Origin: Syntrophales bacterium
GTDB lineage: Bacteria; Desulfobacterota; Syntrophia; Syntrophales; UBA2210
Direction of reading: 5' to 3'
Assembly: GCA_963666365.2 (NCBI GenBank)
Contig: CAXXNF010000002.1
Span: forward strand, 1,216,001 to 1,280,000
Length of the DNA stretch: 64,000 nucleotides
In this document: positions 46,697 through 55,985 of the stretch, piece after piece
Numbering within the stretch: position 1 is the stretch's first letter
Layout: each line of letters opens with the position of its first letter
Notes under the pieces: model-generated
Database searches by the model: none
What the model saw: only the letters and a program-made list of their open reading frames with translations
What the model was told of the DNA's origin: nothing
Made by a program: the position numbers and the translations under genes

Positions 46697-47387
46697 GGTA
46701 AAAAATATCAACTCCTACTATGATTTGAGTCATATCCTTTTTGATGTCTCCCTGGATGTAAATGAAGGAGAAACGGTATGCATCCTCGGAAGAAACGGTG
46801 TGGGGAAGTCGACAACCCTGCGAAGCATTATGGGACTGACCCCTCCCCGCAGGGGAAGCATAAAATTTCACGGAAAAGAGATCGGAGGGAGACAGCCCTA
46901 CGAAATTGCACGTCAGGGTGTGGGCTTTGTCCCTGAAGACCGTCTCATTTTCCCCGACCTGACGGTACTGGAGAATCTCAGGATCGCAATACAAAAAAGA
47001 ACTTCCTCAATGACATGGACGGTTGAAAAGATATACGGGATTTTCCCCCGACTTCAGGAGCGTCAAAATCAAATGGGTGGCACCCTCTCCGGCGGGGAGC
47101 AGCAAATGCTGACCATTGCGCGCACCCTTATGGGAAATCCGGTCCTGCTGCTTCTTGATGAACCATCGGAGGGACTCTCTCCACTGATGGTAAGGGTTAT
47201 AGAGGAACAACTTCTCATGCTGAAACGCGAGGGTATGACCATGCTGCTGTCGGAGCAAAACTCGAGTTTTGCGCAAAAGGTCTCGGACCGCGCCTATATT
47301 CTGGAGAAAGGCCATGTCTGCTGGAGCGGCCCCATGTCGGAATTGAAAGACAACCCCGCGATCATGAAAGAATATCTGGGAGTATAA
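46686..47387 (+). CDS. livF: HAAT ABC ATPase LivF-like
   Basis: GRNGVGKST, LSGGEQQML and LDEPSEGL motifs. Confidence 0.92.
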   Translation: MLLEVKNINSYYDLSHILFDVSLDVNEGETVCILGRNGVGKSTTLRSIMGLTPPRRGSIKFHGKEIGGRQPYEIARQGVGFVPEDRLIFPDLTVLENLRIAIQKRTSSMTWTVEKIYGIFPRLQERQNQMGGTLSGGEQQMLTIARTLMGNPVLLLLDEPSEGLSPLMVRVIEEQLLMLKREGMTMLLSEQNSSFAQKVSDRAYILEKGHVCWSGPMSELKDNPAIMKEYLGV

Positions 47388-47415
47388 AAACCCATGGCAC
47401 AACAAGGAGGAAACG

Positions 47416-48930
47416 ATGAATATTGCTGATTTTCTTACCACGAGCGCCGCCCGAGTCCCGGATCATCCCGCAATCCGCTTCAAAGACCGCACCATCACCT
47501 ACTCCGCACTCAATCAATTGGTTGATGAGTGTGCCGCAGGTCTTCACGGTCTCGGACTGAAGGCGGGCGATTTTTGCATTCTCATGATGCCCGATACGCC
47601 GAACTGGCCTATTGCCTACTATGCCATCGCAAAGGTCGGGGCAGCCGTTGTGCCTGTAAACCCTGTCTACAGGCAGAGGGAACTTGCTCATATATTCCGG
47701 GATTCCGGCGCCACCGCCTTTGTAGGACACAGCGACTATCTTGCGGAGGCCGGGCCTGTGCTCGACACGCTTCCGGCCATAACGGTCCGCGTTGCCGACG
47801 GAAAAGAAAAATATGAAGGATTCATTGCCTTTAATGACTGTTTTATAGAGGGGGCGTCATTTGAAACCTGGTCCACCGAACCGGACGATCCCTGGATCAT
47901 CATGTACACCAGTGGAACGACGGGGCTGCCCAAGGGCGCCGTCCTGACCCACCACAATCTGATGAGCGACGCCAAGGCAGTCGCCGCAGTGCGGTATACG
48001 GAACCAAAGGACGTGGTCTTCAGCGTGCTCCCTCTTTTTCATTGCTACGGACAGACACACTCCCTCAACATATCCATCTATCTCGGCCTGACCATTCGCA
48101 TGTGGTCCCGATTCGATGCCGACGAGGTGTATGCCGCAATCGAGGAGGAGGACAGTTGCATCCTTTATGCCGTGCCTACCATGGTGAACCGCCTGGTGGA
48201 GCTGGCGGCGGTCAGACCGCCTCGACGATCGGGACTCCGTTTCTGCATTTCCGGCGGCGCCTCATTGCCCGTTGAAATACTCCATCGCTTTGAAAAGGCC
48301 TTCCACGCAACGATTTATGAAAGCTACGGCCTTACCGAATGTGCACCCACCTGCGTGGAAAACCCTTTCGGAAGAACGACGAAACCGGGATCGATCGGCC
48401 TGCCCATCCCTCCCTTCAGGGCCCGCATTGTCGACGAGAGCGACCGAGACCTGCCCGCAGGCGAAGTGGGAGAGCTTTTGATACAGGGTCCCGGCGTGAT
48501 GAGAGAATATCTGCATCAGCCGGCAGCAACGGAGGAAACACTGCGTGGAGGATGGCTCCACACGGGAGATCTGGCCCGCATGGATGAAGAGGGCTATATC
48601 TATATCGTGGATCGCAAAAAGGAGATGATCATCAGAGGCGGCTACAATATCTACCCCCGGGAGATCGAGGAAGTGCTCTACACCCATGGCGATGTCGTGG
48701 AAGCCGCCATCATCGGCGTACCCAATATCGATCTGGGCGAAGAAGTGGCGGCCGTTGTGGCGCTTCGCTCCGGATCGACAACGACGGCCGATGAATTGCG
48801 CGCATTCGTCAGGGAGCGCGTGGCGCCCTATAAATATCCCCGCATCATCAAAATTCTTGATGAACTGCCCAAGACATCGACGGGGAAAATTCTCAAACGG
48901 GCGATCACACTGGAGGGAGAAGTCAAATAG
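47416..48930 (+). CDS. Long-chain fatty acid-CoA ligase (AMP-forming)
   Basis: YTSGTTGLPKG, YGLTE, WLHTGDL and LPKTSTGK motifs. Confidence 0.93.
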   Translation: MNIADFLTTSAARVPDHPAIRFKDRTITYSALNQLVDECAAGLHGLGLKAGDFCILMMPDTPNWPIAYYAIAKVGAAVVPVNPVYRQRELAHIFRDSGATAFVGHSDYLAEAGPVLDTLPAITVRVADGKEKYEGFIAFNDCFIEGASFETWSTEPDDPWIIMYTSGTTGLPKGAVLTHHNLMSDAKAVAAVRYTEPKDVVFSVLPLFHCYGQTHSLNISIYLGLTIRMWSRFDADEVYAAIEEEDSCILYAVPTMVNRLVELAAVRPPRRSGLRFCISGGASLPVEILHRFEKAFHATIYESYGLTECAPTCVENPFGRTTKPGSIGLPIPPFRARIVDESDRDLPAGEVGELLIQGPGVMREYLHQPAATEETLRGGWLHTGDLARMDEEGYIYIVDRKKEMIIRGGYNIYPREIEEVLYTHGDVVEAAIIGVPNIDLGEEVAAVVALRSGSTTTADELRAFVRERVAPYKYPRIIKILDELPKTSTGKILKRAITLEGEVK

Positions 48931-49037
48931 CTGCAATATGGTGAATAGCGAACCGGCAAATAGAGTTTCACCCGTCCGACCAACGGACCCGGGCAAATTT
49001 TTTCGCGAAATGCAGCACCTATTTAACGGAGACGCAC

Positions 49038-49193
49038 AGACCAAATAGACCAGACAGATTTACCCCGTGAAAGGCGAAGCCTATTTCACCGGACCAAACA
49101 GACCAGACAGATTTACCCCGTGAAATGCGAAGCCTATTTCACCGGGGCCAAATAGACCAGAAAGACCAAATAGACAAAATAGACCAGAAAGAC
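49038..49193. repeat. Composite repeat: 9-bp AGACCAAAT array plus a 53-bp direct repeat carrying a GTGAAA...TTTCAC hairpin
   Basis: Units begin at 49047 and 49100; 9-mers flank both sides. Confidence 0.85.
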
Positions 49194-49195
49194 TG

Positions 49196-49828
49196 TTACT
49201 TTCCCGAAGTCCGCACAAGAAGGCCGCTTGAGGACACGCGGATTTCGAATTCCCCCCCCTCGTGAGCGTTGACAAAGGTGGCGGAGCCGTATTCGGCGTC
49301 AAGAATCGGTTTAAGGAAAGTATAACGGCGGCGCAGGTCGAACATATTGACGGGTTTGTCTCTGGATAGCCTGTGGACTGTCCGTAGTTTCCATTTCTCA
49401 TCTTCTATGCTGCGGTATCGTCCTGCAATACGATCAAGCTCATAGACGGTGTGAAGACCGAAGACGTTTGCAATGGGTTTCCACTTGAGAATATGCGCGT
49501 CGATGTAAAGTTCATCGCCGGCAAGTTCAAATGTTTCTATTCTGCCGTCAAAAAATCGCACATGGGCAATAAACCTCTTGTCTTTCAAGGGCTCGGTTTT
49601 TATCTCGGCGGCAAGTTCTTCATAGGTCAAGGCCCGGTATCCCTGAATTGCCGTGGTGGTTACCGCGAAGAAAAGCGCCAGGGAGAGCATGAGAAGCGAC
49701 AGCAGCAGAGAGGCGATACTTCCCATATAGCGGTGTTTTTTGGCGGAAATAATGCCTGAGATAAGAAAAAGTATGCACAGCGCGGCGGAAAAAAAGGCTG
49801 TCAGAACAAGCGGCTGCGGCATACACAC
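49196..49828 (-). CDS. Hypothetical membrane protein
   Basis: Two N-terminal TM helices, soluble C-terminus, GGGGGAG RBS. Confidence 0.7.
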   Translation of the reverse strand: MCMPQPLVLTAFFSAALCILFLISGIISAKKHRYMGSIASLLLSLLMLSLALFFAVTTTAIQGYRALTYEELAAEIKTEPLKDKRFIAHVRFFDGRIETFELAGDELYIDAHILKWKPIANVFGLHTVYELDRIAGRYRSIEDEKWKLRTVHRLSRDKPVNMFDLRRRYTFLKPILDAEYGSATFVNAHEGGEFEIRVSSSGLLVRTSGK

Positions 49829-49939
49829 TCCCCCCTTTCATGATACATACCCGGTGCATCCAACCCGTTGTCCCCCTTCATCGTTTCATGCAACGATGAA
49901 GGGCAGGAATATCCCCGCCCCTCACCGTTACTATTCCCT

Positions 49940-50932
49940 TTAGGCAGGGACAAAATCGGCGGGACGCACCTCCTTGAGGGTAATGGCCTCGGTGGGACAG
50001 GTAACGGTACAGACACCACACCCGAGACATTTTTCCGAATCAATTACGGCGATATCCTCATCGTTTAAAGAGATGGCATCGAAGAAACATCGATCAAGAC
50101 AGGTTTCACATCCGGTACACAAATCACCGTCCACCACAGCCTCGAAGCGACTCGGCGCAACCCATTTTTTGGGACCCTTCATGACGTCCCAGTTCAGACA
50201 GCAGTCACTGCAGCAATTGCAGATTACATGGCCCACCACCTGACGGTTATCGGCAACATGGACGAGGCCTTCTTCCTCCGAAAGCTTCAATATGGCGATG
50301 GCCTCTTCTTTATTGATGGCTCTGCCTGTTCCTCTTTCAATGTTGTATTCCGCCGCCCGGCCCACCTGCATGCACACTTCCAACGGTTTTCCGCATGCGC
50401 CGTCTATTACGCGGCAGGAACACTTGGTAACGCTCATGACATCGGCGCCTTCGATTATTTTCATCACGTCTTCATAGGCAAGTATCTGCGATTCAGGTTC
50501 GATTGCCTCGTTGACCGGTATCACTCTCATGAGCGAACCGGGGAGAAAGTCCATTATTTTCTGTCCGTACTCCGGCCATTCAGTCTTCATGTACGCCTTC
50601 CATAGATCGAGGACTTCCTGCGCTATACCGGGGGTCAGAACCGTGGAATCATGCATCTGAGGCACGCTTTTTACGCGATAATATTTCATGACATCGCCTT
50701 TTCTTTTAAAGATCAGCCCGCGATCAAAAAGCGATTGCATCATAGCCTCAATACTCTCTTCGGACAGCCCCGTTTTTTCGGCTAATTCCTTTACCTCTGT
50801 CGGCTTGGCCGCCGCAAGCATCACCCTGGCTTCGTCCTCGGTAATCAATACCTGGAATATCTTGGGCATGAGGGGAGACTCTCCCGCACCAATGCCTTCC
50901 GCCAGCTGCCTGCACAGTTCGATGTCCACCAT
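49940..50932 (-). CDS. Fe-S protein with N-terminal HTH and C-terminal 2x[4Fe-4S] ferredoxin
   Basis: CSCR, ICNCCSDCC, CTGCETCLDRC and CLGCGVCTVTCP motifs. Confidence 0.9.
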   Translation of the reverse strand: MVDIELCRQLAEGIGAGESPLMPKIFQVLITEDEARVMLAAAKPTEVKELAEKTGLSEESIEAMMQSLFDRGLIFKRKGDVMKYYRVKSVPQMHDSTVLTPGIAQEVLDLWKAYMKTEWPEYGQKIMDFLPGSLMRVIPVNEAIEPESQILAYEDVMKIIEGADVMSVTKCSCRVIDGACGKPLEVCMQVGRAAEYNIERGTGRAINKEEAIAILKLSEEEGLVHVADNRQVVGHVICNCCSDCCLNWDVMKGPKKWVAPSRFEAVVDGDLCTGCETCLDRCFFDAISLNDEDIAVIDSEKCLGCGVCTVTCPTEAITLKEVRPADFVPA

Positions 50933-50969
50933 AGTAAGCCTCCTTATTCATTTTTTTATGCACATGCGC

Positions 50970-51728
50970 CTATACTTTTACTACATTCAACGTGTGGTAA
51001 TGTTCTTTCACTTTCGCGATATAGTTTCTCGTTTCTTCAGGCATTCCACCTGTGCTTCTCTGAAGGTTTCCCATTCCCCAGTTATAGGCGGCCAGCGCCC
51101 GATCCACGTTGCCATCATAGCGGTCTAAAAGCATTTTCAGATACTTCACGCCTCCCATCACATTATCCCTCGGATCATAGGGATCTTTGACGCCCATGTC
51201 ATGTGCCGTCCCCGGCATGAGCTGCATCAAACCCATGGCGCCCTTGGAAGAGATGCTGTTCACCTGAAAATCACTCTCCGTCTTGATAACAGCCTTGACT
51301 AAATTTTCTTCCACCTCGAATTTAGTCGATGCCTCTGCGATTATACCGTCTATATCTGCCTTGGACTCTTTTGCCGCGACGGGCTCAGGTTCAATTGACG
51401 CCGCCTGTTGATTTTTTGACGAAACAGTCCCCTGCGGTGGATCGATATGTAGCGACATTTCACCTGACGACAGGGAAATCTTTCCGCAGGCCCGTCGGAA
51501 AAGATAGGAAAAATGGTCGTCAATCTGACGTTGAATAACGGCGACCATCTGCATCATTGAGGAATGGCCCAATGAACCGGCCATCTCTTTTCGCCTCGAG
51601 TGAAGGGCGCCTTCCAGTACCACACTGAATCCGCTCCCTTCTGTTTTAGCCGCCCTGACAGCCTTTCCTTCATGTCTTCCCATTATCGACATCAGCAAAT
51701 CGACGCTGTTCTCTCTAGGAATTTTCAT
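50970..51728 (-). CDS. Lytic transglycosylase (SLT domain)
   Basis: AVIKTESDF, GAMGLMQLMP and LAAYNWG motifs; start uncertain. Confidence 0.9.
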   Translation of the reverse strand: MKIPRENSVDLLMSIMGRHEGKAVRAAKTEGSGFSVVLEGALHSRRKEMAGSLGHSSMMQMVAVIQRQIDDHFSYLFRRACGKISLSSGEMSLHIDPPQGTVSSKNQQAASIEPEPVAAKESKADIDGIIAEASTKFEVEENLVKAVIKTESDFQVNSISSKGAMGLMQLMPGTAHDMGVKDPYDPRDNVMGGVKYLKMLLDRYDGNVDRALAAYNWGMGNLQRSTGGMPEETRNYIAKVKEHYHTLNVVKV

Positions 51729-51805
51729 AGGAACATCCCCTTGCATGCAGTGTTCTCTCTCCATGCCCTTCAAAGATTATGCCATTATCTACGCGAAACA
51801 CTGCT

Positions 51806-52069
51806 TCAAAAATCCTTTCTATCACCCACCGGCCCTTCATCTTCATCGGGAAACTGCGCTTCGGAAATACTTCCACCGCCCTCATAGCCACTTTCAGGCG
51901 CCCTTTCCATGCGTGGGCGGGGTTTTGCAAAGAATACAAAGGGAACGGCAAATATACCGAAGATGAATCCCATGAACATCCAGAATATTTTATTCAGACC
52001 TCTTTTTTGCGCAATAAAATAGAGGAGCACACCAAAGAAAGCTGACAATATTATTCCCAAACTATACAT
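51806..52069 (-). CDS. Small membrane protein
   Basis: Two TM helices, A.KRG...FW...GF.FG pattern, acidic tail. Confidence 0.6.
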   Translation of the reverse strand: MYSLGIILSAFFGVLLYFIAQKRGLNKIFWMFMGFIFGIFAVPFVFFAKPRPRMERAPESGYEGGGSISEAQFPDEDEGPVGDRKDF

Positions 52070-52200
52070 GATTGCTTTTTATTCCTTCCCGCATCGTTCA
52101 TCAACTCTTCGGCGCCGGCACGCGCCGAGTTTTTTTACTGTACACCAGTTTAATCCGCCGATCAAGAAATGCCGCCTCTTGACTTTTGCCCGTTGACGCT

Positions 52201-52273
52201 ACTCTTCCTGCTTTTTAACTTTTCTTACTTTTCAACCTTTCCTACTTTTCATACTTTATCACTTTCCCTACTT
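52201..52273. repeat. Degenerate 9-bp tandem array (ACTTTTCCT-like)
   Basis: About 8 units after the CoA-transferase stop. Confidence 0.7.
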
Positions 52274-52279
52274 CGCTCT

Positions 52280-53470
52280 TCATACCGGGACATCGCCAAA
52301 GAGCCCCTTTGCTTTCAAAGCATCGATGGCAGCATCATCATATCCGAAAGAACGAAGAATCTCCCTGGTATCTTCACCCACGGCGCCTCCCGATTTTCGA
52401 TACTGCGGCACATAGGAAGAATATTTTACCGGATGGGCGATTTGAGGAATTTTTTTCCCGTTCGGTCCGGGTACCTGCACCACGATTTCACGACTCATCG
52501 CATGATCCGTAGCAACCGCTTCCCTGAAGGTAAGCACCGGTTCTACACAGCCGTCAATACCCGAAAACATGTCGATCCACTCTTCCATAGTGCGGGTGCG
52601 GATTATTTCCCCGATGCGCTGTTTCGATTGTTGCAGACATTCGAACTGAAGCACTGAGCCTTCCACCATATCGTCAAGTCCCAGCACCGTGCAAAAAGCC
52701 TCAAAGAACTGCGGTTCCAGGCCGCCGAAGGCAATATACCGTCCGTCGGCGGTTTCATAAAAATCATAGAGCGATCCGCCATTGAGCACTTCCGTTTCGT
52801 ATGAGCATTCCTGTGCATCGTACAATTCCCTCAGCGCGGCAACCGCATGGTAGGGGAACAACCCATCGACCATGGCGACATCAATATGCTGCCCTTTTCC
52901 GCTGGTCATTCGATAAATAACGGCGGCAAGTATCGCCATGACAGTGTTATTCGACCCCGAACCCACATCGGCGACCTGTATCCCCATGAGACCGGGTCCC
53001 TGCTCTTTCCTGCCGGAATAGGACATTATACCTGCAAGAGAAAGATAATTAATATCGTGTCCCACCCGTTCGGCCCATGGTCCGGACTGGCCGTAGCCGG
53101 TGAGTGAACAGTAGATGAGCGAGGGGTTGATTGAGGAAAGATGTTCGTAGGAAAGTCCCAGACGGTCCATCACACCGGGACGAAACTGCTCCAGCACGAT
53201 ATCGTATGTGTCTATAAGTCGCTCGATTATTTCGATGCCTTTTCTGTCCTTGAGATCCAACGCAAGGGATCGTTTATTGCGGTTCAGGTATGCATGGGAG
53301 AAAGATGTGGTTCCCTTTTCATCCACAAAGGGCGGATTGATGCGATTCAGATCGATGCGCGAAGGCGATTCGATACGCAGGACCTCGGCACCGAGATCAG
53401 CCAGGACCATGGTGGCGAAAGGACCGGGAAGAAGTGTCGAAAAATCGAGAATCTTCAGCTGAGAAAGCAC
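52280..53470 (-). CDS. CaiB/BaiF family III CoA-transferase
   Basis: LLPGPFAT..LADLGAEV, NRNKRS, FRPGVM and GHDINY motifs. Confidence 0.93.
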   Translation of the reverse strand: MLSQLKILDFSTLLPGPFATMVLADLGAEVLRIESPSRIDLNRINPPFVDEKGTTSFSHAYLNRNKRSLALDLKDRKGIEIIERLIDTYDIVLEQFRPGVMDRLGLSYEHLSSINPSLIYCSLTGYGQSGPWAERVGHDINYLSLAGIMSYSGRKEQGPGLMGIQVADVGSGSNNTVMAILAAVIYRMTSGKGQHIDVAMVDGLFPYHAVAALRELYDAQECSYETEVLNGGSLYDFYETADGRYIAFGGLEPQFFEAFCTVLGLDDMVEGSVLQFECLQQSKQRIGEIIRTRTMEEWIDMFSGIDGCVEPVLTFREAVATDHAMSREIVVQVPGPNGKKIPQIAHPVKYSSYVPQYRKSGGAVGEDTREILRSFGYDDAAIDALKAKGLFGDVPV

Positions 53471-53601
53471 GGCATCCCCCTTGCGAAATGTTCAAAGCGA
53501 CGACTGCATAAAAAGCTCCCCATGATAAAGCATTTTACGGGTCCGTCAAAAGCGCCTCCGGCACATCCCCTACCTCGTGCTCCCTGATCACTGAGTTGGG
53601 G

Positions 53602-54246
53602 TCAGGGAATTTCGAATACCTGACCCACACCTCCCGCTCTGAAGGCTTCAGGATATCGCCGGGCTATTTCTTCCTTGTGCTGCGTACAGTGCGTGGGACA
53701 AATCAGATCGATTCCCTCGAGCAGCGTGAATTCTTCGAATCCATGAAATCCTCCTATGAGCGCCGATGTCCGGCCCACGGGGGCGACCGCTTCAAGAATC
53801 ACTTTTATACCCGGGTGGGAACACCCCACAACCGTGGCAAATCCTTTTTGCGTTTTTAGAAACAGCGCCTGTTCGATGCCACATAATTCGCCCGTAAGAT
53901 AGACGCCGTCGGCTGGTTCCATGGGGGCCTCTACCACTACCACCTCTCGTGCAAGAGAGGAAGAAATATCGAACGAGGGGGGCACAAACAGCCTGACATC
54001 ATCGTTCCGGCTGAGAAAATCGGGCAACCCTCCCACATGATCCCAGTGGTTATGAGAAACGATCACATCGTCTATCGAATCGGGGCTGACGCCCAGCAGT
54101 TCCATGTTCGAAAGAAGAATTTCTCCCTTGGCGCCGGTATCGAAAAGGATTTGCTTGTCTTCTTTTTCAATGAGACAGGCAAATCCCCAGTCGGCGGTCA
54201 GATCATTTCTCAATGAGGTATTATCGTACAGGATTGTCAGCTTCAT
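53602..54246 (-). CDS. Metallo-beta-lactamase fold hydrolase
   Basis: ILFDTG, SHNHWDHVGG, GCSHPG, GGFH and HCT motifs. Confidence 0.9.
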   Translation of the reverse strand: MKLTILYDNTSLRNDLTADWGFACLIEKEDKQILFDTGAKGEILLSNMELLGVSPDSIDDVIVSHNHWDHVGGLPDFLSRNDDVRLFVPPSFDISSSLAREVVVVEAPMEPADGVYLTGELCGIEQALFLKTQKGFATVVGCSHPGIKVILEAVAPVGRTSALIGGFHGFEEFTLLEGIDLICPTHCTQHKEEIARRYPEAFRAGGVGQVFEIP

Positions 54247-54250
54247 CACT

Positions 54251-54964
54251 TTACTCCTTTTCCGCCAAAAGCCACTCCACCAGTTCCTTGTCAAATATCT
54301 CCATCACATGCAGCGCTTCTTCCTGCCGCATATATTTTTTCGTTGCACCGTAGGCAGGCCCATCAAGTTTGAACAGTCTCTTTGCCGCCCTTCGGGCAGA
54401 TTCAAGAACATCATCCCCATTCGGTATCAGATCGTCGACAATCCCGCATTCGAAGGCCTCACGGGGGCTGTAGGCCCGTGCGTGAAGCAGCGCCTCCTTC
54501 CAGTAACGAGGAGGGATTGATGAACGGCAAATCGCCGATATCCAGCTAGGCAAGGCCATTTTATTCGCCACCTCGTTGATCTGAATTGTATAGGGGCCGT
54601 CAAGTGCCATAAAACGATCACAGGCATAGGATAAAATAGCGCCCCCTGCGATGGCATGCCCCCCATAGGCCGCAATGGTGGGTCGGGGAAACAAATAGAC
54701 CCTCAGCATTGTTTGCGCAAAGGTTCTCTGAAATTTCAACTGCTCCACGAGCGACTGTGTAGGAAGAAGCTTGAGATCGAGTCCCGCGGAAAACACACCG
54801 GGACGGCCCGTAAATATCAAGACATTAGCCTTATCGGACAATGTACGGTCCAGCGCATTATTCAGCTCTTGAAAAAACTCCCAGTTCATTACGTTCATTT
54901 TACCGTCGTCCAGGGTGATCTTTGCAATACCTTCTTCCATTACATAGTGCATTTTAGCCATCAT
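54251..54964 (-). CDS. Enoyl-CoA hydratase/isomerase family protein
   Basis: DDGKMN, FSAGLDL, GHAIAGG and NEV motifs. Confidence 0.9.
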   Translation of the reverse strand: MMAKMHYVMEEGIAKITLDDGKMNVMNWEFFQELNNALDRTLSDKANVLIFTGRPGVFSAGLDLKLLPTQSLVEQLKFQRTFAQTMLRVYLFPRPTIAAYGGHAIAGGAILSYACDRFMALDGPYTIQINEVANKMALPSWISAICRSSIPPRYWKEALLHARAYSPREAFECGIVDDLIPNGDDVLESARRAAKRLFKLDGPAYGATKKYMRQEEALHVMEIFDKELVEWLLAEKE

Positions 54965-55075
54965 TCAAAAACCGTCCTTCATTTTATTATTTTTTTATTC
55001 GGGTACCAAATATTCTCCCGGCATGCGGGAGCAGGCGGCGCCCGGGCGCCATGCTGCGGGCAGCCGCATTGCGTA

Positions 55076-55510
55076 TCAGAATGAGCCGAGCTGACAGGGG
55101 GATATTTTAATGGAAAGCGCCTGGCACAGGGCAGCCACGTCCATTTTCGGGCATCCGAACCGTGCAGCAATATCCCAGCAGGCGGCGCAACTCAGGCGCC
55201 CGTTGACAAGGGATTCCTCTATCGCCTTTCTGATCGGTTCATCAATCTGCGCAGCCGGTTCGACGATTCGCTTCCGGGCGCCATAGCCGAACAGCCCCAA
55301 TTGACATTTTTCAAGTTTTATTTCCAGTATATCCACCGCCATGCCCACCTCCAACGGTTCCACTTCACGGGTGCGCACAATCTTGAATGCCTGGGCACAG
55401 CTGATTTTTCCCTGAGATGCAGTTTCTTTCACCGCCTCCAGAAGCGCTTCACTCACCTTCGCCCCCTTCGGGTGCTTTGCCGCATAGTGACCGGCATCTT
55501 CGTGTGTCAT
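55076..55510 (-). CDS. Hypothetical protein with a duplicated Cys-containing domain
   Basis: GKISC...CQLGLF and GRLSC...CQLGSF; AGGAG RBS. Confidence 0.75.
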   Translation of the reverse strand: MTHEDAGHYAAKHPKGAKVSEALLEAVKETASQGKISCAQAFKIVRTREVEPLEVGMAVDILEIKLEKCQLGLFGYGARKRIVEPAAQIDEPIRKAIEESLVNGRLSCAACWDIAARFGCPKMDVAALCQALSIKISPCQLGSF

Positions 55511-55520
55511 GAATCTTCTC

Positions 55521-55985
55521 CTAATATTTCATGTAATGAAAGGGCTCTATGGCCGCCAGAGCCGCCGCGTCAAGGGTCTCGAACCGGGAATCCTTCAGCG
55601 CCTTCTGCGTCTTTTCAAGCTGATCGACTTCAATGACAAACACCGCCTTTTCCCAGCTCTCGAGTACAAATCCATAGGCATTTTCCACATTGACGCCCTC
55701 TTCCGCCAGAAGCTGAATCAGCTTATCCAATCCTCCCGGTTTATCGGGGATCACCACGGCTATGACCGGCTTAAGGCTCACCGTCAGACCGGCGGCGCCC
55801 AGCGCTTTGTGAGCTTTTTCAGGATCGTCGGCCAGAATATTGATGACGCCGAATGCTTCGGAACTTGCTATGGTGATGGCCCTGATATTGATTTTTTCCC
55901 GTGCCAGAATCGCGGTGACTTTCGCCAGCCTTCCCGGTTTATTTTCCGCAAATATAGATAGTTGATAGGCGATCATAGTTTTCAA
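55521..55985 (-). CDS. ACT-domain protein (paaK-associated)
   Basis: QLSIFAENKPGRL and PDKPGGL tandem ACT repeats. Confidence 0.9.
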   Translation of the reverse strand: MKTMIAYQLSIFAENKPGRLAKVTAILAREKINIRAITIASSEAFGVINILADDPEKAHKALGAAGLTVSLKPVIAVVIPDKPGGLDKLIQLLAEEGVNVENAYGFVLESWEKAVFVIEVDQLEKTQKALKDSRFETLDAAALAAIEPFHYMKY

